Part shown: piece by piece, positions 1 to 12,289 of the stretch | Position numbering within the stretch: the first letter of the stretch is position 1 | How the letters are laid out: the number at the start of each line of letters is the position of its first letter | Source of the DNA: Opitutaceae bacterium | Lineage (GTDB): Bacteria; Verrucomicrobiota; Verrucomicrobiia; Opitutales; Opitutaceae | Length of the DNA: 56,370 nt | NCBI GenBank assembly: GCA_016793535.1 | Contig: JAEUHA010000411.1 | Span: 1 to 56,370 of the forward strand | Direction of reading: 5' to 3' | The notes under the pieces: generated by a model | The model's input: the letters and a program-made list of their open reading frames with translations, nothing else | Told to the model about the DNA's origin: nothing | The model's database searches: none | Position numbers and translations under genes: made by a program

Positions 1-977
1 CCGAGGTGGGCGAAGAGGAAGGGATTGTTCGTGACGGACGTCGGGACCGTCGGGTCGATCGCGACCTTGTTGAGCACGTTGTACCAGACCGAGAGACCGT
101 CGTGCGGCGGCGTCGGGCGCGGGCGGTTGGACTCCGTGCGACCGTCCTCGTAGCTGACCTGGAACTGGGTGAGGCCGGTCTTGATCAGACGGGGCTCCCA
201 CTTGAGCGCGGCGAAGAGCCGGCGGTCGTCCTCGAAGGCGGGCTTCTGCTGGTACTGTTCCGCCTTGTCGAGGCCGACCACCCGGACACCGAGCACGCCT
301 GGCTTGATGACCTGGTTCAGATCGAGGACGGTGCGCTGCGAGTCGAAGCGGCCGTAGCTGTACTGCAGGCTGTAGGCGTTCTTCCGGAGATCGGCGGTCT
401 TGAGCTGGTTGTTGATGATGCCCGCGGGACTGCCGAGGCCGAAGAGGATGGCGTTCGCACCGCGCGAGATGTCGACGCGCTCGGTGTTGTACGAATCCAT
501 CGGGATGTTCGTGAGAAAGAAGTCGCGCGTGAGGTCCGCGCCGGCGAGGCCGCGCACGCGGGTCGAATTCTGCGGACTCTGCAACGTGGCTTCGGCGTTG
601 GCGAAACCGTTGCCGGTGCTCACGCCGGAGAAATTGCCCTCGAAACCGCCGGCCTCGGTGTTGGCTGTGTAGACGAGGAGGTCGCGGACATTGGTCGACG
701 CGGTGTCGATCATGAACTGCGAGGTGACCACGGAAATGGCGGCGCCCACATCGCGGAGTTCCGTGCGCAGCCGCGTGCCGGCGAGCGTGGAGACGGCGGC
801 GTAGCCGCGATCCTCGGACTCGGCGACGACGAACGGCGAGAGCGTGACGGTTTCGGCGGCCGCAGTCGGCGCGAGACTGGACGCCGTGGGCACAGTCTGG
901 GCGACGGCGACCGTCGTCGTGACGGCAAGGAACATCAGACCGCGGGCGAAACCGCGGCAGGAGGAGGGGTTGGGCAT
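1..977 (-). CDS. TonB-dependent receptor, Opitutae type (N-terminal part; runs off the left edge of the window)
   Basis: Not in the ORF track because it has no stop inside the window. Manual translation from ATG at 977 gives MPNPSSCRGFARGLMFLAVTTTVAVAQ (signal peptide), then TVTLSPFVVAESEDRGYAAVSTLAGTRLRTELRDVGAAISVVT and ERVDISRGANAILFGLGSPAGIIN, a typical TBDR plug domain. Confidence 0.9.
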   Translation of the reverse strand, partial: MPNPSSCRGFARGLMFLAVTTTVAVAQTVPTASSLAPTAAAETVTLSPFVVAESEDRGYAAVSTLAGTRLRTELRDVGAAISVVTSQFMIDTASTNVRDLLVYTANTEAGGFEGNFSGVSTGNGFANAEATLQSPQNSTRVRGLAGADLTRDFFLTNIPMDSYNTERVDISRGANAILFGLGSPAGIINNQLKTADLRKNAYSLQYSYGRFDSQRTVLDLNQVIKPGVLGVRVVGLDKAEQYQQKPAFEDDRRLFAALKWEPRLIKTGLTQFQVSYEDGRTESNRPRPTPPHDGLSVWYNVLNKVAIDPTVPTSVTNNPFLFAHL

Positions 978-999
978 GAAGGAAAAACGGCCGGCGGAC

Positions 1000-1785
1000 T
1001 CAGCGGGTCCGCTGCCACTCGAACTTGTGCTGGTCGATCCAGCGGTAGTGGTCGGCGTAGTGCAGGCCGGCGGCGGACGTCTCGTCGAGAATCACCGTCG
1101 CGCGCGGGTGGAGCTGGAGCGCGGATCCCGGGCAGATCGCGGCCAGCGGTCCTTCGATCATGTGTTCGACCGCCCGCACCTTGGACGGACCGAAGGCGAG
1201 CAGCAGGCAGCGGCGCGCATCGAGAATGGTGCCGATGCCCATCGTGATCGCATGCTTTGGCATCGCCTCGAGTGAACCGAAGACCTCGCTGTTGTCCTTC
1301 AGGGTTTGTTCGGACAGGATCTTGATCCACGTGCGCGAGCGGAGGGAGCCCGTGGGTTCGTTGAATCCGATGTGCCCATTGCGACCGAGACCGAGGAGCT
1401 GGATATCGATGCCGCCGGCCTCGAGGATGCGGGCCTCGTAGGAGCGGCACTCGGTGTGGAGATCGGGCGCGACGCCGTTGGGAACATGCGTCCGCGACAG
1501 GTCGATGTTGATATGCCGGAAAAGATTTTCCTGCATGAAAAACCGGTACGACTGCGGATGCGTCGGTGCCAGGCCGACGTACTCGTCGAGGTTGAACGTC
1601 GTCACCCGGCTGAAATCCAGCCCGTCGTTGCGGTGCAGGCGGATCAGCTCCTGATAAAGCCGGAGCGGCGTGCGGCCGGTGGCGAGGCCGAGCACGGCGT
1701 TCGGTTTCTCCCGCACCACACTGGCAATGATCTTGGCGCCGAGGATGCAGCCGGTCTCGGCAGAGTCGCGAATGAGGACTTCCAT
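1000..1785 (-). CDS. nagB: Glucosamine-6-phosphate deaminase
   Basis: Motifs VLGLATGRTP, TFNLDEYVGL, LLGLGRNGHIGFNEP and AITMGIGTI. Confidence 0.95.
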   Translation of the reverse strand: MEVLIRDSAETGCILGAKIIASVVREKPNAVLGLATGRTPLRLYQELIRLHRNDGLDFSRVTTFNLDEYVGLAPTHPQSYRFFMQENLFRHINIDLSRTHVPNGVAPDLHTECRSYEARILEAGGIDIQLLGLGRNGHIGFNEPTGSLRSRTWIKILSEQTLKDNSEVFGSLEAMPKHAITMGIGTILDARRCLLLAFGPSKVRAVEHMIEGPLAAICPGSALQLHPRATVILDETSAAGLHYADHYRWIDQHKFEWQRTR

Positions 1786-1813
1786 GGAGGGAAAATGAGC
1801 GTGGTGGTTCGCG

Positions 1814-1957
1814 CTAGCGTTTCAATTCCCGACTGGGGCACCCGCAATCGCCCCCGCAGCCGGGTTGCCGCCGTTTGCGGACGGCGCGCGCCACGAGCCA
1901 GGTGACGGCGAGCGCGACGACGACGAGGGCGGCGATGGTTTGAAATTGGGAGGACAT
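1814..1957 (-). CDS. FeoB-associated small Cys-rich membrane protein (47 aa)
   Basis: MSSQFQTIAALVVVALAVTWLVARAVRKRRQPGCGGDCGCPSRELKR: one TM helix, a basic patch and CGGDCGC, directly downstream of feoB. Start moved to the ATG at 1957. Confidence 0.8.
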   Translation of the reverse strand: MSSQFQTIAALVVVALAVTWLVARAVRKRRQPGCGGDCGCPSRELKR

Positions 1958-1994
1958 GGTGAGGGAAGCGGCGGCGGACCGACCGAGGCGGAAC

Positions 1995-4118
1995 TCAGAA
2001 GCCGAGCGCGCGACCGCCTTGATACACAACCAAGCTGAGAATCCACGCGGTGCCAGTCAGGTAGCCGATTTGAAACAGGGGCCACTTCCAGCTGTTGGTC
2101 TCGCGTCGGACGATCGCGACCGTGCTGACGCACTGCATCGCGAAGACATAGAAGACCATGAGCGTGAAACAAACGAGCGGCGTGAAAAGCGCGCGGCCGT
2201 CCGGCCACTTGGCGGCGAGCAGGGCCTGGCGGAGCGGCGCGGTATCGTCGCCCTCGGCCTCGGCGTTGAACACCACGCCCATGGTGGAGACGAAGACCTC
2301 GCGGGCGGCGAACGAACTGATGAGACCGATGCCAATCTGCCAGTCGAAGCCGAGCGGCTTGATCGCCGGCTCGAGGAGATGGCCCGCGCGGCCGGCGAAA
2401 CTCTGCGCCAGCTGCTGCTGCGCCGTGGCACCGTCGGGGGCTTTAGGATACGCCGCCAGGAACCACAGCACGATGCTGATGCCCAGGATCACGGTGCCGG
2501 CGCGGCGCAGGAAGAGCCACCCGCGCTCGAACATCTGGAGCATGACGTCCTTCAGGCCCGGAAGCCGGTAGGGCGGCAGCTCCATGATCATCAGCGGTGG
2601 CTCGCCCTTGAGCAGGGTGCGCTTGAACAGCCAGGCGAAGCCAAACGCGCCAAACGTGCCGAGCGCGTACATGAGCAGCATGATGCCGACCTTCGTCAGC
2701 AAAGGTACCTGTTCCCCGGGCACGAGCGCCGCGATCATCAGCAGGTAGACGGGCAGGCGGGCCGAACAACTCATGAGCGGCGCAATGAGAATCGTGACCA
2801 GGCGGTCCTTCTGGTCCTCGATCGTCCGCGTGGCCATGATGCCGGGAATCGCGCAGGCATAGGAGCTGAGCAGCGGGATGAAGGACTTGCCGTTCAATCC
2901 GACCCGACTCATCAGCCGGTCCATGATGAACGCGGCCCGCGCCATGTAGCCCGTGCTTTCCAGGAGACCGATGAAGAAGAAGAGAATCAGGATCTGCGGC
3001 AGGAAGATAATGACTCCGCCCACTCCCGCGATGGCGCCATCCGTGATGAGGTCGCGAAAGTCACCTTCCGCCATGTTCGCCTTCACGCCGTCGGCCAGGG
3101 CGGCCACCGCCCCGTCGATCAGGTTCATCGGATATTCGGCCAGCGTGAAGATGCTCAGGAAAAGGAGCGTCATGAGCACGCCCAACGTGAGCCAGCCCCA
3201 GACCGGATGGGTCGCAAAGCGGTCGATCTTGTCGGAGAGAGTGGGTCCGGCGGCGCCCGCCTGCGTGACCGCGGCGGAGGCGATCCGCCCGATCGCCTCG
3301 TAGCGGGAGTTGACCAGACTGCTGGCCCAATCGGTCCCCTCGCCTTCCCAGCGCTGCTGCCAGCCGCGGAGAAGTTCGGCGGTGCGCGAACTCAGCGGCG
3401 TGGAGCCCGCGACCCGGACGGAATCCTGGTCCGTGAGCAGCAGCAACGCCTCGGCCCGCGCAATGAGCGGCGGCTTGCCATCGCTGGCGGTGAGGGAGGC
3501 CTGCAGTTCCGCGACGGCCTTGGCGATGGGCGCAGGAATATCCCAGGCGTGGCGGGAAAGCGGCAGGTCGGCCCGGCTCATCGCGAGCTTCAGGTCGATC
3601 ACGCCGCGGCCGTTCACGGCCTCGCACGCGATCACCGGGATACCGAGTTCGTGTTCGAGGCGGTCGATGCGGATTTCGAGCCCGGCCTTGATGGCGACAT
3701 CCATCATGTTCACCACCAGGATCACCGGACGGCCGAGATCCAGGATCTGATGCACGAGGTAGAGATTTCGCTCCAGGTTCGCGGCGTCGACGATGCAGAG
3801 AATGCGATCGGGCTGCGGGGTGTCCGCGCGTCGGCCGAGCAGCACATCGCGGGTCACCGCCTCATCGGGTGAGCGGGCGGCGAGTGAATACGCGCCGGGA
3901 AGATCGATGACCGTGATCGGCTGGCCGTGTTGCGAATAGGCGGTCCCGATCTTCTTTTCGACGGTGACGCCGGGATAATTTCCCACCTTCTGCTTCAGGC
4001 CGGTGAGCGCGTTGAAGAGCGTGCTCTTGCCGCAGTTGGGATTGCCGACGAGCGCGTAGACGGGAGTGCGGGACGGAGCGGAGCCGGTGCCGCCCGCGAT
4101 GTGTGGAGGCAGCGCCAT
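1995..4118 (-). CDS. feoB: Ferrous iron transporter B
   Basis: G-protein motifs GNPNCGKS, VGNYPGVTVE, DLPG and NMMD, plus a membrane domain with MSCSARLPVY. Confidence 0.97.
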   Translation of the reverse strand: MALPPHIAGGTGSAPSRTPVYALVGNPNCGKSTLFNALTGLKQKVGNYPGVTVEKKIGTAYSQHGQPITVIDLPGAYSLAARSPDEAVTRDVLLGRRADTPQPDRILCIVDAANLERNLYLVHQILDLGRPVILVVNMMDVAIKAGLEIRIDRLEHELGIPVIACEAVNGRGVIDLKLAMSRADLPLSRHAWDIPAPIAKAVAELQASLTASDGKPPLIARAEALLLLTDQDSVRVAGSTPLSSRTAELLRGWQQRWEGEGTDWASSLVNSRYEAIGRIASAAVTQAGAAGPTLSDKIDRFATHPVWGWLTLGVLMTLLFLSIFTLAEYPMNLIDGAVAALADGVKANMAEGDFRDLITDGAIAGVGGVIIFLPQILILFFFIGLLESTGYMARAAFIMDRLMSRVGLNGKSFIPLLSSYACAIPGIMATRTIEDQKDRLVTILIAPLMSCSARLPVYLLMIAALVPGEQVPLLTKVGIMLLMYALGTFGAFGFAWLFKRTLLKGEPPLMIMELPPYRLPGLKDVMLQMFERGWLFLRRAGTVILGISIVLWFLAAYPKAPDGATAQQQLAQSFAGRAGHLLEPAIKPLGFDWQIGIGLISSFAAREVFVSTMGVVFNAEAEGDDTAPLRQALLAAKWPDGRALFTPLVCFTLMVFYVFAMQCVSTVAIVRRETNSWKWPLFQIGYLTGTAWILSLVVYQGGRALGF

Positions 4119-4119
4119 C

Positions 4120-4347
4120 TCAGGAGACGGGATCGACGAGGACGTGGTCAGCCTCGGACTTTCGCAGGGTCAGATGATAGCCGCGAAGTCGGATCTCGAG
4201 CGGATCACCCAATGGCGCGAGCCGGATGAGGGAAACCCGCGTGCCAGCCAGGAGGCCCATTTCGCGCAGTCGCACGAAGGCCGTGCCGGACTTGGGGAGC
4301 TCGCGCACGACGGCCGAGGCCCCGACGGCGAGTTCGGAAAGTTTCAT
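4120..4347 (-). CDS. feoA: Ferrous iron transport protein A
   Basis: MKLSELAVG...RLREMGLLAGTRVSLIRLAPLGDPLEIRLRGYHLTLRKSEA is a classic FeoA. Start moved to the ATG at 4347. Confidence 0.93.
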   Translation of the reverse strand: MKLSELAVGASAVVRELPKSGTAFVRLREMGLLAGTRVSLIRLAPLGDPLEIRLRGYHLTLRKSEADHVLVDPVS

Positions 4348-4367
4348 GGTGCGATGGACCGAAGTCC

Positions 4368-4619
4368 CTAGCGACGCCCGAGCGGCTCGACCATGATGCA
4401 GCGGGCGGCGCCATGACTCAGGGCAACGCGCAGGCCGTTGATCTGACAAATGAAGGGACCGGAACCACCGACCTTGGAAACAAAGGCGCTTTCGCAGAAA
4501 CCCATCTCGCGCACCCGCTGACAAAAATCAGGGTCGCCGCTCAGTTCGCGAATCCGGCCCAGCGCCCCAGCGGGAAGCTGGCAAAGCGGGAGCAACTCGG
4601 AAAGCGACACAGGGTTCAT
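4368..4619 (-). CDS. feoA: Second FeoA-family protein (Cys-rich)
   Basis: LPLCQLPAG...QRVREMGF...GPFICQINGLRVALSHGAA fits the FeoA SH3-like pattern. Probable start is the ATG at 4619. Confidence 0.85.
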   Translation of the reverse strand: MNPVSLSELLPLCQLPAGALGRIRELSGDPDFCQRVREMGFCESAFVSKVGGSGPFICQINGLRVALSHGAARCIMVEPLGRR

Positions 4620-4641
4620 CGGGGAAACCAAGGGTGCGACA

Positions 4642-4658
4642 TTGAGACTCGGTTTCAA
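4642..4658. promoter_or_regulatory. Fur-like iron-responsive operator upstream of the feo cluster
   Basis: Imperfect palindrome TTGAGACTCGGTTTCAA (reverse complement TTGAAACCGAGTCTCAA), 22 bp upstream of the first feoA start. It resembles TGAnAnnnnnTnTCA Fur-family boxes. Confidence 0.55.
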
Positions 4659-4714
4659 GTCTAAGTCGCGGGGAGACGGACGAATTTCTTGATTTCCCGG
4701 AAGCGCGACTCCCT

Positions 4715-4738
4715 GTGGCCGGGGACGGCCGCGCTACC
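4715..4738 (-). repeat. Single GTAG-type REP palindrome
   Basis: The minus strand reads GGTAG-CGC-GGCCG-TCCC-CGGCC-AC: a GTAG tag followed by a GC hairpin, just after the atpC stop. Confidence 0.5.
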
Positions 4739-4749
4739 GGAGAAAGGTC

Positions 4750-5157
4750 TCAGCGGCGGCGGCGCTTCACCGCCAGCTGGACGCCGGAATAGCGTACGAG
4801 ACCCTGAAGGTGTTCGTATTGCTGGGGATCGAGATGCTTGGCGTCTTCGAGTTCGCGCTCCGCACGGCGCAACGCCTCCTCCACCGCCTTCTCGTCGATT
4901 TTCTCCTCGCTGATGGCGTTTTCGGCCAGGACGTGGACGCGATCGCCCTCGATTTCAGCGAAACCGCCGCTGATGGCGAGAAACAGGGTTTCGGCACCCT
5001 TGGTCACACGCAGTTCGCCATGTTCGACTTGCGTCAGCAGCGGGATGTGGCCGGGCAGGATGCCAACCTCACCTTCGACCGTCGGAATGACGACGGAGTC
5101 GATTGTGTCGGAATAGACCCGGGCGTCGGGCGTGACGATTTCGAGAGTCAGAGGCAT
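4750..5157 (-). CDS. atpC: F0F1 ATP synthase subunit epsilon
   Basis: MPLTLEIVTPD...GEVGILPGHIPLL...ISGGFAEI; last gene of the atp operon. Confidence 0.95.
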   Translation of the reverse strand: MPLTLEIVTPDARVYSDTIDSVVIPTVEGEVGILPGHIPLLTQVEHGELRVTKGAETLFLAISGGFAEIEGDRVHVLAENAISEEKIDEKAVEEALRRAERELEDAKHLDPQQYEHLQGLVRYSGVQLAVKRRRR

Positions 5158-5265
5158 AGGGAGGAAAAGTACCAAGGCTCAGGCATCAATGATCAGGAAA
5201 ACCAGCAGGACTTCGTCTGTGGAATTCGACCGTTGCTCACCTGCTCCGTGTTACCTCGTTACCTG

Positions 5266-7610
<2,345 letters not shown>

Positions 7611-7708
7611 CGGAAGATTTAGGAGTTACGATCTGCGATGCAGGAGGTGGATCCGGCGGTTAGGCGGTGAGCCGACCTCACCCATCCATCATCAAACATC
7701 GCGCATGA

Positions 7709-9235
<1,527 letters not shown>

Positions 9236-9280
9236 CGGAGAGTGGATTTCAGAGACGGGGAAAGGGTGTATCAGGAAAGC

Positions 9281-9676
9281 TTAGACAGAACGGGCGAGCG
9301 TCGCGAGCTGGCCGGCGACGGAGGATTCGTAGACGTCGTCACCAACGCGGATGCGCAGGCCCGCGATGAGGGCGTCGTTGCGCTTCGCCACCCAGGAGAT
9401 GGTGCGGCCGTATTTGCGGGAGAGCGCGGCCGAGACCGCGTCGAGGGCGGCGGCCTGTGCCAGACCCGCGTGCTCAACGACCGCCTGGCCGCGGGCAACC
9501 TCGGCGGCAACAAGCCGGCGATACGCCTTCAGGATCGCCACCGAGCCGGCGGGGCGGTGCTTCTCGATGTATTGCAGGACGCCAGCCACGCGGTCGGCCG
9601 ACAAGGCGCCGTCGACGAGGCTCAGCTTGAAAAACTGCCGGGCGAGTTGCTGGAGTTGCTTGTTGCCGGAGGCCAT
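9281..9676 (-). CDS. atpH: F0F1 ATP synthase subunit delta (short form)
   Basis: C-terminal LIAGLRIRVGDDVYESSVAGQL OSCP/delta motif, positioned between atpF and atpA. Confidence 0.9.
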   Translation of the reverse strand: MASGNKQLQQLARQFFKLSLVDGALSADRVAGVLQYIEKHRPAGSVAILKAYRRLVAAEVARGQAVVEHAGLAQAAALDAVSAALSRKYGRTISWVAKRNDALIAGLRIRVGDDVYESSVAGQLATLARSV

Positions 9677-9729
9677 GGCGCGTCGCGCGGGTCGGAGGGG
9701 AGAAATTCGGGAACCGGAGCGGGGTCGGC

Positions 9730-10269
9730 TCAGGCGTTGGTGAGCTCGCGCGCGGCGGCCTCGTTGTAGGAGGCGCGGTCGGCGTCGGTGAGCTTCTTGG
9801 CGAGGACGCGCTCCGTGGTCGTGACGACCAGGCGCGCGATTTCCGTGCGCGCGTCGGCGAGCATTTTCTTGTGCTCGAGTTCGATGGCCTGCTGGGCCTT
9901 CACGAGCAGCTCATTGGCCTTGCCCGTGGCTTCCTGCGTCTGGCGATCCAGAAACTCCTTTGCCGACTTGCGCGCCTCCTCGATGATGCGAGTCGCCTCG
10001 GCGTTGGCCTTCTTGACGATCGCCGCGCTTTCCTGCTGGGCCGCGGCGAGCTTGGCGTGCATCTCCTCGGCGTCCTTGATGCCCGCGGCAATCTTCTGAT
10101 TGCGCTGCTCCATCGTCGCCGTGACCGGCTTGATGCCGAAGAAGTAGAGGACGCCCAGGACGATCAGAAAACTGATCACCTGCATGACGATATATTTCGG
10201 CTCGAGCCCGAAGCGTTCCGGAATGCTGGCTTCGGCGGCGGCAGCGGCGAGGAAGAGAGGCAGCGTCAT
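9730..10269 (-). CDS. atpF: F0F1 ATP synthase subunit b
   Basis: N-terminal TM ([19 protein letters not shown]) followed by a long Ala/Glu/Lys coiled coil; operon position. Confidence 0.93.
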   Translation of the reverse strand: MTLPLFLAAAAAEASIPERFGLEPKYIVMQVISFLIVLGVLYFFGIKPVTATMEQRNQKIAAGIKDAEEMHAKLAAAQQESAAIVKKANAEATRIIEEARKSAKEFLDRQTQEATGKANELLVKAQQAIELEHKKMLADARTEIARLVVTTTERVLAKKLTDADRASYNEAAARELTNA

Positions 10270-10329
10270 GGCGAAAGAGAAAGGTGGCAGCGCGCGGTCG
10301 AGGCGCGCTGCCGGTGAAGATCAGGCGAC

Positions 10330-10542
10330 TTACTTCGTCGCGAGGAAGAGCGCGAGAATGCCGAGACCTTCGGCGAGCGCCATGCCGATGATGGCCTGAA
10401 CGAGCACTTTGCCGGAAGCGCCGGGATTGCGGCCGACGGCCTCGGCGGCCTTGAAGCCGATGAGACCGACACCGATGGCGGCGCCGAGCAGACCGAACGC
10501 GCTGGTCAGATTGCCGTAGATTTCAGCGAGGGGGAGGTTCAT
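10330..10542 (-). CDS. atpE: F0F1 ATP synthase subunit c (70 aa)
   Basis: GAAIGVGLIG...AVGRNPGA...GMALAEGL with the essential Glu. It lacks the Q...ES/T Na+ signature, so it is probably H+-coupled. Start moved to the ATG at 10542. Confidence 0.95.
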   Translation of the reverse strand: MNLPLAEIYGNLTSAFGLLGAAIGVGLIGFKAAEAVGRNPGASGKVLVQAIIGMALAEGLGILALFLATK

Positions 10543-10629
10543 GTGGTGGTTTCTTTCTTTGTTGTTGGATTCCACCGTGCGCACGCTTGGCACGCTCCCG
10601 GTGGTAAAGTGGATTCGAGCGTGGCAGCG

Positions 10630-11520
10630 TCAGTGATGGGCTTCCGCGGCGTGACCGTGCTTATCGTCGCCATGACCGTGGTCACCGCCCTCGTGATTGC
10701 AGAGCAGTCCGATGTAAACGGACGTCAGAAGCGTGAAGACGAGCGCCTGGATGATGCCGACCAGCAGCTCCATGAAGTAGAAGACAAAGAAGAATCCCGT
10801 GCCATGGAGCAGGTTCTCACCACCGAACACGTTGCCGAAAAGTCGGACCGAAAGCGTGAACGGGCGGATTGCGATCGAGAACACTTCAATCAGGCCGACG
10901 GCGAGAAACACGAGCGAGAGGATCGGATACAGCCAGCCGGGCGTTTCGTTCTTGTCGGCCTTGTTGCCGAACAGGTCCATCATGATGACCTTCGGGCCCG
11001 CGAACTTGAAGACGATGATCGCCCAGGCACCGAACGAAACCAGCGCGAGTGCGATCGTGCCATTGAAGTCGGCGTTGTGCGGGCGAATCCAGGCCCACGT
11101 GAGATGGAAGTGGCCACTCGCATCTTCAGTACCCCACCCCATGGTCCCTACGCCGGGGATGAGTCCCATCCAGTTATGAAAAAGGATGAAGACGAAAAAC
11201 GTGATCAACAGAGGGAAGGCGGTCGGAAATGCGGCCTTGCCGACAATCGGTTCGAAGATCCCGCGCAACCCTTCGATGAGTGATTCAAAAACCGCCTGCC
11301 CCTTCGACGGGATAATCGCGGGCTTGCCCACCAACCAGCGAATCAGCAGCACGAGCAGCAGCGAGATTGCCCAGCCTGTCGCCATGCTGTTGGTGATCGC
11401 CCAACCGTGGCCGAAATCGATCAGCTTGGCGGCACTCGGTGCAACGCCTTCAGCAAACAACGGCGACGTACCGGCCGCCATGGCGATCAGAAGGAGGGCG
11501 AGTTTGGTGACCCGGGACAT
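10630..11520 (-). CDS. atpB: F0F1 ATP synthase subunit a
   Basis: IRPFTLSVRLFGNVFGGE and ELLVGIIQALVFTLLTSVYI; His-rich tail. Probable start MSRVTKL at 11520. Confidence 0.95.
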   Translation of the reverse strand: MSRVTKLALLLIAMAAGTSPLFAEGVAPSAAKLIDFGHGWAITNSMATGWAISLLLVLLIRWLVGKPAIIPSKGQAVFESLIEGLRGIFEPIVGKAAFPTAFPLLITFFVFILFHNWMGLIPGVGTMGWGTEDASGHFHLTWAWIRPHNADFNGTIALALVSFGAWAIIVFKFAGPKVIMMDLFGNKADKNETPGWLYPILSLVFLAVGLIEVFSIAIRPFTLSVRLFGNVFGGENLLHGTGFFFVFYFMELLVGIIQALVFTLLTSVYIGLLCNHEGGDHGHGDDKHGHAAEAHH

Positions 11521-11649
11521 GCGCGAGCGATACGAGTGGAGAGACAAGAAAAGGAGATCAAAGGCGGCCCACGCATGCCCCGTCAACCACTGAAGTGTTC
11601 ATGGGAACGTGCTCATCAATAAATAAGGTGCGGCGAGTTTTGCCGCCGT

Positions 11650-12288
11650 TTAGCTTATGGTCACCGGTAAAGCGGGCCGCCGGCGCGCGATGAGCGAACG
11701 GTGTTGCACCGCACGCGCCTGGAACACCGTGCTAAACTCGAACGGCCAGGCGTCCAAGGCTTCTTCCCACGCAGGATGTCGGGCGACAATCGCACGGGCC
11801 TCGTCGAAATAGGGTTCGAAGTCGGTTCGAAAAAAGAGGCTCGCATCCGGAGTGGACCTTCGCGAGGCAGCCGCGAGGAACTCGTGGTTTAGGACCCGGT
11901 GCTTGTGATGCCGCAGCTTGGGCCAGGGATCGGGAAACAGGAGGAAGAGTCGGGAAAACGCCACGCCTGGGGGGATGACTTCGAGGAACAGTCGTGCGTC
12001 CGCATGAAGGAAATGGAGATTCTTCAAGCGCGCACGATCACGCTTGCGAAGGGCGCGTTCGATTCGTTCCCCCATGATATCGATCCCGATACAGAGCTGG
12101 TCCGGGTGCGCTTGTGCGTAGGCCGCAAGGAAGTGTCCATGCCCACAGCCAATTTCCCACGTGAAGGGGAAGGACGGAACCAGCAGGGCAAGCAGCTCTG
12201 ACTCGAGCTCGAGCCGGCGCTGCGCTTGGCGCTGGCGATACTCGGCGGTGCGAGCCGCCAGCCGGAGAGCGAAGTCCGTGGGTTCCAT
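11650..12288 (-). CDS. trmB: tRNA (guanine-N7)-methyltransferase TrmB-like
   Basis: EIGCGHGHFL SAM motif, FPDPWPKLRHHKHR and FRTD. Probable start is the ATG at 12288, 1 nt after the mnmG stop. Confidence 0.88.
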   Translation of the reverse strand: MEPTDFALRLAARTAEYRQRQAQRRLELESELLALLVPSFPFTWEIGCGHGHFLAAYAQAHPDQLCIGIDIMGERIERALRKRDRARLKNLHFLHADARLFLEVIPPGVAFSRLFLLFPDPWPKLRHHKHRVLNHEFLAAASRRSTPDASLFFRTDFEPYFDEARAIVARHPAWEEALDAWPFEFSTVFQARAVQHRSLIARRRPALPVTIS

Positions 12289-12289
12289 C

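Noticed and set aside
9281-9676. Short atpH as a truncated pseudogene
   Set aside because: The frame is intact with a conserved C-terminal motif in a complete operon; from memory, short delta subunits are normal in Verrucomicrobia.
12152-12168. parS-like TTTCCCACGTGAAGGG in trmB
   Set aside because: About five mismatches to the parS consensus; only the CACGTG core matches.
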